Assembly (NCBI GenBank): GCA_963759165.1 | Contig: CAVWXK010000001.1 | Span: 666,260-730,259 of the forward strand | Length of the DNA: 64,000 nt | Source of the DNA: an uncultured Pseudomonadota bacterium | Lineage (GTDB): Bacteria; Desulfobacterota; Binatia; Binatales; Binataceae | Reading direction: 5' to 3' | Shown here: positions 45,102 to 56,251 of the stretch, piece after piece | Layout of the letters: each line of letters begins with the position of its first letter | Position numbering within the stretch: the first letter of the stretch is position 1 | Position numbers and translations under genes: made by a program | Notes under the pieces: model-generated | The model's database searches: none | What the model saw: the letters and a program-made list of their open reading frames with translations, nothing else | What the model was told of the DNA's origin: nothing

Positions 45102-46565
45102 ATGGCGAACAATCAGGGTGCGGGGGTCGGGGGGCGGACGTTACGAGAGCAGATGTTCCGGCGCAAGTCGGCGGCGATGCTGCTGGCGGATTCCAACAAT
45201 GCCACGGGCGGGCTAAAGCGCGTGCTCGGCGCGCTCGACCTGACGGCGCTTGGAATCGGCGCGATCATCGGAGCCGGGATCTTCGTCCTCTCGGGAGTTG
45301 GCGCCAAGTACGCCGGTCCGGCGCTGGTCATTTCCTTCGGAGTCGCCGGTTTTGCCTGTGCGATGGCGGGGCTCTGCTACGCCGAGTTTGCGGCGATGAT
45401 TCCGATCGCCGGCAGCGCCTACTCGTACTCTTACGCCACCATGGGCGAACTGGTGGCGTGGATTATCGGCTGGGACCTGGTGCTGGAGTACGCGGTGGGC
45501 GCGTCCGCGGTCGCCTCCGGATGGTCGGGCTATTTCAGAGTCATTCTTGAAGGACTCGGGATTCATCTGCCGGTCGCGCTGACTCACGCACCTGGGTCCG
45601 TCCCCGGCGCGATTATAAATCTGCCCGCCCTGATCATCGTCCTGCTGATCTCCGCCGTGCTCTACGTCGGGATTTCCGAGAGTGCGCGGCTCAATGCGAT
45701 TATCGTCGCGATCAAACTGGGCGTGGTGGCGGCGGTGATCGTCATCGGCGCGTTCTTCGTCAAGCCTTCGAACTGGTCGCCGTTCGCTCCCTTCGGCTGG
45801 CCCGGGGTCATGAAGGGTGCGGCGCGCATCTTCTTTGCCTATATAGGGTTTGACGCGGTATCGACGGCGGCGGAAGAAGTAGTAAACCCCAAGCGCGATT
45901 TGCCACTCGGCATCCTCGGCTCGCTCTTCATATGTACGGCGCTCTACATCATGGTCGCGTTGGTGCTGACCGGGATGATTCCCTACCGCCTGATCGACGA
46001 TGCGGCGCCGCTGGCCTCGGCCTTCGGCCAGCGCGGACTCAACGCCATCTCCGGCTTAATTTCGCTGGGGGCGGTGGCGGGCCTGACCTCGGTGCTGCTG
46101 GTTCTGCTGCTCGGGCAATCGCGGATTTTCTTCGCGATCTCGCGCGACGGCCTGCTGCCGAAGGCGTTCTCGCGCATCCATCCGCGCTTCAGGACGCCGT
46201 ACATCCCGACCGTTCTGACCGGAATCGTGGTCGGGGCCGCCGCGGCGCTGCTGCCGATCGAGGAGATCGCGGAGCTGGCGAATATCGGCACGCTGTTCGC
46301 CTTCGTCCTGGTATGTTTCGGGGTCTGGATCTTACGTGCGGTCGAACCCGACATGCTGCGGCCCTTCGCGACGCCGCTGGTGCCGTTGGTGCCGATTCTC
46401 GGCGTGTTGAGCTGCGCCTACTTGATGTTGCGATTGCCGCAGCTTACGTGGATCCGCTTTGTCGCCTGGCTGATCGTTGGACTAGTTATCTATTTCAGTT
46501 ACGGGCGCTATCACAGCCGCGTGACCGCCGAAGCGGAGAGTGCGGTCGAGCTGGCTGCGCCGTAA
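45102..46565 (+). CDS. APC-family amino acid permease
   Basis: About 12 hydrophobic segments. N-terminus reads LKRVLGALDLTALGIGAIIGAGIFV. Confidence 0.8.
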   Translation: MANNQGAGVGGRTLREQMFRRKSAAMLLADSNNATGGLKRVLGALDLTALGIGAIIGAGIFVLSGVGAKYAGPALVISFGVAGFACAMAGLCYAEFAAMIPIAGSAYSYSYATMGELVAWIIGWDLVLEYAVGASAVASGWSGYFRVILEGLGIHLPVALTHAPGSVPGAIINLPALIIVLLISAVLYVGISESARLNAIIVAIKLGVVAAVIVIGAFFVKPSNWSPFAPFGWPGVMKGAARIFFAYIGFDAVSTAAEEVVNPKRDLPLGILGSLFICTALYIMVALVLTGMIPYRLIDDAAPLASAFGQRGLNAISGLISLGAVAGLTSVLLVLLLGQSRIFFAISRDGLLPKAFSRIHPRFRTPYIPTVLTGIVVGAAAALLPIEEIAELANIGTLFAFVLVCFGVWILRAVEPDMLRPFATPLVPLVPILGVLSCAYLMLRLPQLTWIRFVAWLIVGLVIYFSYGRYHSRVTAEAESAVELAAP

Positions 46566-46592
46566 GACAGAAAAGCCGCGGCACGCGCTCGG

Positions 46593-47237
46593 CTAATGCT
46601 GCGTCGCGGCGGGAGTTCCGGTCGCGGCGGGCGGCTGAGGTGTCTTTTTCGGCGTAGGCTGGCCGGCCATTTTTTTCCGCCGCGCCTGTTCTTTGGCGCG
46701 TTCGCGCTCCTGTATGGCCCGCTCTTGCGCCGCCTTGTATTTCTCCGCGCGCACCGCCGCTTCGGTCATCTTCTTCGCGGCTTGTGGACCAAGCGCCTGG
46801 GATTCCCATCGTGGCTTGTTGAGCTCGACCCATTTGCCCTTAACCAGCGAATAAGTGAACACGAGATATTTGATTTTGCCGGTCGCGGTGCCTTTGCCGA
46901 CCCCGCTCTTGGGAGGCAGGTACTCGGCGCCGCCCAGTTTCGCGCTGACTACCAGCCGGCCTTCCGGGCCGTAGTTGGGCAGGTATTCAAACTGTGGCTG
47001 GAGATCCACGTAGGCTTCGTGCGCGCTTTTCTTCTCGTCCTCGGCGTTCAGGAACGACTGGGCCTCGTCGGAAAGAGTCTCGGTGAGCTCGGTGCGCAAA
47101 GCAGGAGTCAGGTCGCGCTGTTGGCGGGGATGCGCCAGATCGACCGCCCAGACCGCCGGCGTCAACGTAAGACTCAAGCAGGCGGCGACAGCGCCCGCGG
47201 TGAGCATCGCTGCGTTGACAATACGTCGGGCCGTCAT
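46593..47237 (-). CDS. Hypothetical exported protein
   Basis: Signal-peptide-like N-terminus ...AVAACLSLTLTPAVWA. The C-terminus is Lys/Ala/Pro-rich. Confidence 0.5.
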   Translation of the reverse strand: MTARRIVNAAMLTAGAVAACLSLTLTPAVWAVDLAHPRQQRDLTPALRTELTETLSDEAQSFLNAEDEKKSAHEAYVDLQPQFEYLPNYGPEGRLVVSAKLGGAEYLPPKSGVGKGTATGKIKYLVFTYSLVKGKWVELNKPRWESQALGPQAAKKMTEAAVRAEKYKAAQERAIQERERAKEQARRKKMAGQPTPKKTPQPPAATGTPAATQH

Positions 47238-47283
47238 GGTTCAAATTCCCACGCCGGAAACCTCCAGCCGGCGCATCGGATGG

Positions 47284-48483
47284 TTATTTGTTGATGCCAC
47301 GGGCGAAGGCCGAGACCTGCTGCTGCCATTGCTCGCCGAATGCCAGGATCAGCACCTGCTGGTTGATATGGACGTCCTTGCTCAGGCTCCGCATCGCGCC
47401 GCCGCCGACCGTGGACATTACCTTAAAGGCTTGCCGCGTCTGCTGATAAAAGGCCGGCAGGGGCGAGATCGAAGGCGGCTCTTCGTGATGGATCTTGAAG
47501 TAAAGCTCGCGCTCGAAGCGCTCGTGCTCCTCGGCGGTAACGTCGACCGTATTGAAGGTGCCGTTGTTGGCGCGATACTGACGGATCATATCGATCGCCG
47601 GCTGGAAGTCCTGCTTTTCCGGCGGTGAATCGCCGACCAAAACGATCACCTTCTTGGCGTATGGCTTGTAATCCATCCCGTTTATCGCCGTCTGTATGCC
47701 GCCGATGCAGTTTTCTTCCCAGGTGCCGCCGCCGGCCGCCTTGATGTTGCCGAGAAAGGATTGGAGCTTCTCGGCCGACATCGTGAAAGGCTGAATTTCG
47801 AGCGGCTCGCCTTTGCCGCCGTAGACAACCACGCCGATCCGCGCGATCGGCACCAGGCGATGGATCGCCCGCACCAACTGTGTCATCCGGGCCTTAACGT
47901 CATCGATGATCAGTTTCATCGAGCCGGTGCCGTCGATTACCAGCACCACGTCGAGACCCTTGCGGCGAAGCTCGCCGATAAATCCGCCGAAGCCCTGGCC
48001 GATACCGCGACCGTAACCCGAACCGATACCGCCGCCACGACCGATGCCGATTCCGCCGCCGCCGGCAGCGCGCACGTAATTTTCGGCCAGGCCGACCGCT
48101 TGCAACGTCTCCGCGGTTATCGGCCGTTCCGCCATCTGGCTCGGCGCGGTCTCGGGCAGCGGGACCTCCGGCATATCGAGGGTTTGCATTTCCTCGCCAC
48201 CGCCGCCGCCGCCACCTCCGGCCTCAAGATTCACCATTATCAGTTCCCGCCCGCGTTGCTGATGCACGGTCAGAATCAGCAGCAGCAGGATAACGACGTG
48301 GATCGCCACCGAGAGCGGAAACGGTCCCAGCATGAAGTGCAGGGCGCTCTTAATGGCGGAAGGCTCGACGACGACTTCTCCCGCCTCGGCGGTGACTGGG
48401 GCCTTCCTGCCGAAGAAGCGGTAGAGCAGGAAGGCGACGCCCAGGATTGAGATCAGGAGAACAATGGCGATCAATACGGTCAT
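47284..48483 (-). CDS. Membrane-anchored von Willebrand factor A (VWA) domain protein
   Basis: Two N-terminal TM segments, Gly-rich linkers, and LDVVLVIDGTGSM (MIDAS-like). Confidence 0.7.
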   Translation of the reverse strand: MTVLIAIVLLISILGVAFLLYRFFGRKAPVTAEAGEVVVEPSAIKSALHFMLGPFPLSVAIHVVILLLLILTVHQQRGRELIMVNLEAGGGGGGGGEEMQTLDMPEVPLPETAPSQMAERPITAETLQAVGLAENYVRAAGGGGIGIGRGGGIGSGYGRGIGQGFGGFIGELRRKGLDVVLVIDGTGSMKLIIDDVKARMTQLVRAIHRLVPIARIGVVVYGGKGEPLEIQPFTMSAEKLQSFLGNIKAAGGGTWEENCIGGIQTAINGMDYKPYAKKVIVLVGDSPPEKQDFQPAIDMIRQYRANNGTFNTVDVTAEEHERFERELYFKIHHEEPPSISPLPAFYQQTRQAFKVMSTVGGGAMRSLSKDVHINQQVLILAFGEQWQQQVSAFARGINK

Positions 48484-48643
48484 AAGCTGTTTACTTGCTT
48501 GCCGGTCATTGCGCTTGCAGGGCCGCTACCATTTAGACGTTGCCGCCGCTCAAGCCAATCAGAGCGCTACGGACCCTCCACGATGCAGGTTTTTTGTTCA
48601 CTGATGTGGCCGACGCCTCCGTGCCGACGCTTAAGCCAGTCCT

Positions 48644-49096
48644 CTACGGTACGCTTGCGGGCGTTTCGGCGGCGGGGCCCCCGGAGACGCTCTTCTGAGC
48701 GGCGATAGCGATCTGCTCCGCCCCCGCCCGTTTGGCGATATCGAGGATTCTGACCATATCTCCGAGGATTACTTTCTGCTCGCCCTGGAAGACGACAATC
48801 TTGTCCGGGGTCTTGCCAAGAACATCGCGCAACGTCGGTTCGAGTTCGCGCTGCGTCACGCTTTTCCCGTTGACGAAAATCTGATGCTCGGCGGTATAGG
48901 CGACGACCACCCCTTTGGGCTTCTCGCTCGGCGCCGGCGCTTCGGCCTTCGGCAGATCGACGTGCGCGGCCGATTCGATCGTAACCGAGGTCGTCACCAT
49001 AAAAATGATCAGCAGCACCAGAAATATGTCGGTCAGCGGGGTGATGTTGATATCGGCGAAGACCCCGCCGTTCGGACCGCCGCCGCTAATCGCCAT
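48644..49096 (-). CDS. exbD: ExbD/TolR-family biopolymer transport protein
   Basis: FADINITPLTDIFLVLLIIFMV. Confidence 0.8.
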   Translation of the reverse strand: MAISGGGPNGGVFADINITPLTDIFLVLLIIFMVTTSVTIESAAHVDLPKAEAPAPSEKPKGVVVAYTAEHQIFVNGKSVTQRELEPTLRDVLGKTPDKIVVFQGEQKVILGDMVRILDIAKRAGAEQIAIAAQKSVSGGPAAETPASVP

Positions 49097-49149
49097 CGAC
49101 GAGTCTCCCTCGCAAGACCGTAGCCGTATTGGTCGGATGAATCATCCGG

Positions 49150-49587
49150 TTAGTTGCCGGGGCCACCGGCCTCTCCACCCGAAACCCTCTGCGCCGCAAT
49201 CGCAATCTGTGCCGCTCCCGCGCGTTTCGCGATATCGAGAATCCGCACCATATCGCCCAACATAACCTTCTGGTCACCCTGGAAGACGACGATTTTGTCT
49301 TCGACCTTGCCCAACGCCTCGCGCAGCGTGGGTTCGAGCTCCCGTTCGGGAACGTCTTTCGAGTTGACGAAGATTTCGTGCTGGGTGGTGTAGGTCACGA
49401 TTACGCCCTTGGTCTCGGGCGCGGTGCTCTCGGCCTTGGGCAAATCAATGTGGGCGGCGGATTCGATGGTCACCGAGGTGGTGACCATGAAGATGATCAG
49501 CAGCACCAGGAAGATATCGGTCAGCGGCGTGATGTTGATATCGGCGAACAATCCGCCGCCGGCGCCGCCGGAACTGCTAATTGCCAT
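49150..49587 (-). CDS. exbD: ExbD/TolR-family biopolymer transport protein (second copy)
   Basis: Same motif as the first copy. Start taken at MAISSSGG (49587). Confidence 0.8.
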   Translation of the reverse strand: MAISSSGGAGGGLFADINITPLTDIFLVLLIIFMVTTSVTIESAAHIDLPKAESTAPETKGVIVTYTTQHEIFVNSKDVPERELEPTLREALGKVEDKIVVFQGDQKVMLGDMVRILDIAKRAGAAQIAIAAQRVSGGEAGGPGN

Positions 49588-50219
49588 GCGGCTGGCGCCC
49601 CTGGAGCGCGGCGTCAATCAGCCGGCCCGAATTGATCCGAATGATGGCGTTGACGTTTTCGATCTTGACGCTGAAATAGTTGTAGAAAATGACCGCGACG
49701 ATAGCGACCGCCAGACCAAGCGCCGTGGAAATCAGAGCCGCGGAGATGCCTGCCGCGACCACCGAGAAGCCTCCAGTGCCCATGATCGCCATCGACTGAA
49801 ACGAGTCGAGAATGCCGACGACCGTTCCGAACAGACCGATGAAGGGGGCCGAGGCGCCGGCCGTTCCCAGCACCCAGATATAGCGCCTGAATTCGAGCGT
49901 CTCCTGGAAGCGGCGCTCTTCTTCGAGTTCCAGCAGCTTGTCGCGATTAAACGATTGGGCGGCTGAGATCAGCGGGTAAAAGACCCGTTCGGCCGGATTT
50001 CTGCGCGCCTGGGTCTGCTGCAACGCCTCGTCGAATTTGCCTTGGCGTAACGGCGCGACCAATGCGTCAGCCAGCTTGGCCGCCCTGCGTGGCGACTCCA
50101 GCCAAAGCCCATACGCGCTCGAAAATTACGGCCATACTCGCGACCGAGATGAGGAGCAGGGGATAAGTCGCGTAATACCCCTGCTGAATCATTGCGAAAA
50201 TCCCGAAGTTCTGTGGCAT
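49577..50219 (-). CDS. exbB: MotA/TolQ/ExbB proton-channel protein, frameshifted near 50100
   Basis: MPQNFGIFAMIQQGYYATYPLLLISVASMAVIFERVWAL is in one frame. ...LADALVAPLRQGKF...APFIGLFGTVVGI continues in another. Confidence 0.75.
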
Positions 50220-50619
50220 CTCCTACCCTCTCATCTGATGATCTAAAGTCGGCGCCCGAACGGTAATTTCCTGTTTAAGCGGACGGTTAATCTGAATATG
50301 ATCGCATTTTAGTGCCCCACCGTAAATCCCTTGCATGTCCGAAGGGCGCGCGGTTTAACCCCGAGTCCCTCGCCGGAAACAAATCCGGTCGGACGCAAGC
50401 GGTGCGACCAACCGGTCACGAAACTTTCGGCGTTAACCAAACGCATTCCACCGGAGCGACTACCCTAACGATTCATTCCAAGTCAAGCGACGCTTATGCC
50501 GTGCTGGTATCGGGCTTATGGTTTGCGGTCCGGCGTCGATGGCCCGCGGAGGATCCCCGATTCGCGAGCCTGAGTCACCGCCTTGACTTGTTGTTTCCTC
50601 ATCGTCTAATCCAGAAGTC

Positions 50620-50656
50620 AGGCGTGCGGGCGCCGCGGTTTTCCGCACGCCTTTTG
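50620..50656 (+). terminator. Hairpin + T-run in the intergenic region upstream of the SDR gene
   Basis: AGGCGTGCGG-13 nt-CCGCACGCCT followed by TTTTG. What it terminates is unknown. Confidence 0.5.
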
Positions 50657-50751
50657 CAACACGCGTTTGTATCCCGCGCCGGTCATAGCTGGATGCCCGG
50701 CGCGTATTTGCCCAGGCAGCCGAAACAAATCGAAGAGAGGAACCCGGAATC

Positions 50752-51668
50752 ATGGCACTACTCGAAGGCAAAGTGGCGGTGATAACCGGCGCCGGCCGCG
50801 GTATCGGCCGCGAAGAAGCATTGCTGATGGCGAAGCACGGGGCCGAAGATCGTGGTCAACGACCTCGGCGGCCATTTCGACGGCACCGGGCAGTCGCGCT
50901 CCCCCGCCGAGGAAGTGGTCCGTGAAATTCGCGCCGCCGGCGGCGAGGCGGTCGCCAACTTCGAAAGCGTCAGCGATTTCAAATCCTCCAAGCGCATCAT
51001 CGATTGCGCGATCGACAACTTCCGCAAGCTCAACATCGTGGTCAACAACGCCGGCATCCTGCGCGACCGCATGATCTTCAACATGAACGAGGATGATTGG
51101 GACGCGGTCGTCGCGGTCCATCTCAAGGGCACCTTCAACCTCGCGCGCCACGCCTGCATCCTATTGGCGCGAGCAGCACAAGGCCGGCAACATGCTCAAC
51201 GGCCGCCTGATCAACACCAGCTCGGATTCGGGTTTGCTGGGCAACGCGGGCCAATCCAACTACGGCGCGGCCAAGGCCGCGGTCGCGGCGATGGCGATGA
51301 TTATCGACCGCGAGATGTCGAGATACGGAGTGACCGCCAATGCGATCGCGCCGGTCGCGCGAACCCGCCTGACCATCGAAGCGACTCCGCAGACCGCCGC
51401 CACGATGCCGGTGCCCAAGGCGGGAGAGTTCGATCGTTTCAGCCCCGCCCACGTCGCGCCGCTGGTGGCGTGGCTCGCCAGCGACGACGCCAAGGACGTT
51501 CACGGCGAGGTATTCCGCGTCGGTATGGGCACGGTGTGGCTGATGAAGGGATGGCATTCGGTCGCCAGGGTCTCCAAGCATGCGATCTGGGAGCCCGCCG
51601 AACTCGGCGCGCGTCTAAGGAAGAACTCGCCAAGGGCGTCACCAAGAAGGAAAGCATGGGCCAAGTGA
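50752..51668 (+). CDS. SDR-family oxidoreductase, two frameshifts (about 50845 and 51153)
   Basis: MALLEGKVAVITGAGRGIGR, NNAGILRD and NYGAAKAAV are spread across three frames. Confidence 0.75.
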
Positions 51669-51695
51669 TGGCGAGCGCGCGTGGCCGTCCTAGAG

Positions 51696-52212
51696 ATGTC
51701 GGAGAAGTCGCTCGGAAGGTCTGACCATTTGAGTTCTCGCAGCGTCCTGTTCATCTGCGCGGCCAACACCGCGCGCAGCGTGATGGCCGAACATTTGCTG
51801 CGGCGCGAACTCGAGCGCCGCGGCATCAACAGCCTCGTGCTGGTGCGCTCGGCGGGTATTGCCGCCTACGCCCGCGACGGAGCGCTGGTGTCGCTGGATA
51901 CCCGTTTGGTGCTGCGCGACGTCGGCATCGATATCGGCGACGAGGCCACCTCAACCGACCTGAAGCGCCATCCGGAATGGCTGGAGAGCGCGGACTTCGT
52001 CATCGCGATGACCCAGCAGCAGGCGCACGAACTACGGCTCAAGTTTCCCGAAGCCGCCGGCCGCGACGTTCATACCCTGTGCGGCTTCGCCGGAGAAGGC
52101 GGGCGATATCGAGGATCCCTTCGAGAAGGGCGATGAAGTTTTTGCGGTTTGCCGCGATCGGATCACGCTGCTGATTCCGCGCGTCGCCGACCGCGTCCTT
52201 GCCCCGCGCTGA
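51696..52212 (+). CDS. Low-molecular-weight protein tyrosine/arginine phosphatase, frameshifted near 52102
   Basis: VLFICAANTARS (CX5R-S P-loop). The C-terminal ...DIEDPFEKGDEVF is in the +1 frame. Confidence 0.75.
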
Positions 52213-52324
52213 AGCGCCATCGTCATGCTTGACGCCTATTCGGCAGGCATGACGGTGGCTACGGTCCGCTGGCCGGCGGTAGAATAGTAACGCCGGTTGG
52301 GACCTTCAGCGGCGGTGAGCATCT

Positions 52325-52874
52325 ATGAATTCCCGGAAGTGGAAAACGATCGAGAGTCGTCGGCTCCATGCGACTCCGATCTTCGACCTGATCCAGCATC
52401 ACCGCCAGCATCCCAGCCGCGGCGGGCATGATTTCTACGTGCTCTCGGCTCCGAACTGGATCAACATCATCCCGCTCACTCCCGAAGGGGAGGTGGTGAT
52501 GGTGCGCCAGTACCGCCACGGAATCGAAGACCTCACCTTGGAGGTGCCGGGCGGGATGGTCGATCCCGGCGAAGATCCGATTACCGCGGCGCGTCGCGAG
52601 ATGCTCGAAGAGAGCGGCTACGATGCGAACCAGATCGTCGAGATCGGCAAGGTCCATCCAAATCCCGCGATCCAGGCGAATTACTGCTTCTCGTTCCTTG
52701 CCCGTGATGTTCGCGAGCTGACCAAGCCCGAGCAGAACGGCGCGGAGGAAACCGAAGTCGTTACGGTTCCGCTGGTTCGAGATCAAAGACATGATCGCCG
52801 GCGGCGAGATCACTCACGCGCTGACGATCACGGCGTTCTCATTCTTTCAGTTTTACAATTCCGGCCGTTTCTGA
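52325..52874 (+). CDS. NUDIX hydrolase (ADP-ribose pyrophosphatase-like), frameshifted near 52775
   Basis: GGMVDPGEDPITAARREMLEESG Nudix box. The tail FEIKDMIAGGEITHALTI is in another frame. Confidence 0.75.
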
Positions 52875-54290
52875 GAGCGAGGCCATTTCGTCGGTGATTG
52901 CCGAAGGGCCGCCCCATCGTCGGCGGCATAGCCAGTAGGCCGGATACACCGTCAGTGCCAGACCGATCGCCATCAGAAAATCGACGTGGCCGCTTGACTG
53001 GGCGAGCGCCAGACCGATGGTAGCCATCCAGGTCAGCAACGGAGCGAGCGCGGTCAGGTATAGGGTCCATTTGCCGCCGCCGATGGTGAACAATCCATCG
53101 CGCCCGGGCCGCAATCGCCGGAGCCTGACCAGCGCCGCCATCTCCAACGCCAGGGCGGTCATGTAGAAAAAGACATCGAGCACGATCAATTCCGTGAAGC
53201 CCAGCGGGATCAGCAGGGTAAAGACGATGCAACATACCAGGATCGCCTTCCATGGTGCGTCGCTGCGCTCCCATAGATCGGCCAGCGGCCGCGGCAGGAA
53301 ACGCTCGCGTGCCAGTACGAATGGAAGTCGCGATACCCAGAGCATCGCGGCTTCGAAGATCGCGAAGGAACTGACCATCCCCCCAAGGGCCAGAGCTTCG
53401 CCAAGATGAACGCCGCCGATTCTCCGGCCCGTTTCCGAGAACCATCCGGTGGTCCATTTCGCGGTGTCGGCCGCGCCCGAGACCGATACCGCCAGCGGCA
53501 GCACATAGCCGAGAACAACCAGCGGCAGCACGATCGAGATCGCGCGGAGATAGTTGCGCCGGGCATCCTTGATTTCCCGCGCGACGACGCTCAGGTTTTC
53601 CCATCCGCTGAAGTTCCAGATGACGACCAGCAGAGCCTCCGGACAGCGCGGCCCACGAAATCGCCGCCGCCGACCGGAGCCGGCGGAATCTGCCAGTGGA
53701 CAAGCCGCGGAAGGCCGAATCGTCACCAGGGCGGCGAACGGGCAGCAGGACCACAATCGTCAGGACGATCGACGTGATTTCCGACCGGCCGGATGCCGAG
53801 AACGTTGAGCAGGCCCGATATCCACACCATCGCGATTCCCAGCAGAATCCGTGCGTGTCAGCGTCAATGGGAACACGAAACGAGAGATAGGCGGAGAACA
53901 TCACCGGATAGATCGCCATGTCGACGCCGTGTAGAGAATCGTCAGATAGGCTTCGGCGAATCCCGCGAACGGGCCGAACGCTTCCTTGACCCAGAAGTAA
54001 AAGCCGCCTTCGACCGGCATCAGCGCCGTCAACTCGGCCGCCATCAATGCGGTCGGCAGGCTCAGCGAGAGCGGCACCAGTAGACAAAGGAGCAAGGCCA
54101 GGCTTGGGACCGGCCGCGCCCACGGCGTCTTCCAGGCCGTACGCTCCGCCGCTGACGGTGAGATACATCACCGCGACTAACGCGATGAGACCGAGCTGGC
54201 GGCTGCCCAGACTGGCGTGGTGCGGATGCGAGCTGGAATCGGCGACAGTGTCCGGGCTCTCGCGCGTCGGTATTTTTCAATTCGGCTTTC
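52839..54290 (-). CDS. APC-family permease, multiple frameshifts; start not determined
   Basis: Permease-like hydrophobic segments lie in at least three frames, for example ...GLIALVAVMYLTVSGGAYGLEDAV and LTALMPVEGGFYFWVKEAFGPFAGF, plus ORF 52839..53756. Confidence 0.6.
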
Positions 54291-54478
54291 GGAGACGATG
54301 GAGTCAAGATTATGGAAGCCTCGGCCTTGAGGCTGTAACCGAGCGGAGCCGATGAGGCAAGCGGTCACGAATCGCGATTGTCTCGCCGATCGGTTTTGCG
54401 TTTTTGGCCTTACGTTGACCCACTGGAAGGGCTATGTTTAACTATTAACAAGTTGGATCCTTTGTCTTCTTTTTCCCA

Positions 54479-56251
54479 ATGAAATTGCGCGTTAAACGCA
54501 CGCTTTTTGGTGTTAATCGGGGCCTGTTGTGGCTGCCCGCATGCGCTTGGCGGCAACCCAGTGCAGGCCAAAGCGAACCCGACGCTGTCGCGCAACCCCG
54601 GCCATTTGGCGGAGTGGCGCCGGTGCCCATCCCAACCGAAGCCCGCGCGATGGCGGACTTCCTCAAGGCGCAGATGGCGGTCAGTCGATCAACGATCGTA
54701 CCGAAGCGCTTGCGCGATTACGAGGCTACGGTCACCGCCGATCCGCACAACGCCTGGCTCAGGGTCAAGCTCGCCACGCTGTATGTTCGTCAGAGCCGGC
54801 TCAAGGAGGCTTGGAGCAGGTCAAGCAGGCGATTGCGCTTGACCCGAAACTCGACCGAAGCGCGCTTGCTCGAAGCGGGAATAAGCTCCGCGATGGGCGA
54901 CGATGCCTTGGCCGAGCGTCAGTACGAAGAGGTCCTCAGGCTCGATCCGAAGAACCAGGAGGCCTATCTGTATCTGGGAACGCTCTACGCCAAGAGCGGC
55001 AGATACGACGAGGCGCTCAAGACCTTTCAGCGCCTGGCCGCGCTCGATCCCCAGTCCTTCCTTGGCTACTACTACGCCGGACGCGTCATGGCGACGGCCA
55101 AAAAATACAAGGAGGCCGAGCGCTACTACGGGCAGGCGCTCAAGCTCAATCCGCAGTCGGAACTGGTTTTGCTCGATCTCGCGGTATTGCGTGAAGTCCA
55201 GGGCGATCGCAAGGGAGCAATCTCCTATTACCAGAAGATACTCAAGGAGAATCCCGACAACGACCTCGTGCGCAAGCGACTGGCCGAACTCTACGTCGGC
55301 GAAAAGAACTTCGACCAGGCGCTGACCGAGTTCAAACGGATCGAGCAGATCGAGACCAACCCCGTGGATACCCGGATCAAAATCGGTTTGTTGTACTTCG
55401 AGCGCGGCGATTTCGATCGCGCGGCGACCGAATTCAATCTGGTGCTTGGTGCCGAGCCGAATAATAATCGCGTCCACTATTACTTGGGCGCCGTTTACCT
55501 CGAGCTCAACGAGAGCCGATAAGGCGGAGGCTGAGTTGCTGAAAGTTCCCGACACCGCGGAACATTACGTGGAGTCCAGGGTCCAGCTCGCCTATCTCTA
55601 CGACAAGCAAAAGAAGTACGACCAGGCGGAGAGCACGCTCAAGCAGGCGCTGGCAAAGAAGCCCAAGGACGCCGAGCTGATGAGTTTTCTGGCCGGCGTC
55701 TATCGCGAAAAAAAGGATCTGCCCGCGGCGATCGCTCTGCTGAACGATATGATCGTGCTCGGATCCGAAAAACGACAAGTATCATTTTACGCTCGGCGCG
55801 CTTTACGACGAGGCCAAGCGCAAGCAGGAGAGTATCGGCGAGATGCGCCGGGCGATCGAGCTTAACCCGAGCAACGCCCAGGCGCTGAACTATCTGGGCT
55901 ACAGTTACGCCGAGATGGGCACCCGTCTCGACGAGGCGGAAAAACTGATTCGCCGCGCGATCGATATCGAACCCGAGGACGGCGCCTATATCGACAGCCT
56001 CGGGCTGGGTCTATTACCAGAAAGGCCAGTACAAGAAGGCCGTCGAAGAGCTGGAACGCGCGGCCGATCTGGTCGGTGACGATCCCACCGTCACCGAACA
56101 TCTCGCCGACGCCTATAAAAAAATCGGCAAGATTAAACAGGCTCATCAGCTCTATCAGGACGCGCTCAGCAAGGCCAAGGAGGCCGATCAGGTCGAGAGG
56201 CTCAAGGACAAGCTTCAGGTCTTGCGTGATGACGGGCGCGCGGCCCAGTAA
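54479..56251 (+). CDS. Tetratricopeptide-repeat protein, about five frameshifts
   Basis: Repeated A..Y...L.L.P.N TPR units continue through frames at 54479-55522, 55446-55865, 55843-56079 and on to 56251. Confidence 0.7.

Noticed and set aside
50312-50782. 156-aa ORF in the exbB-SDR intergenic region.
   Set aside because: The composition is not protein-like, there is no RBS, and it runs through a terminator hairpin into the SDR start.
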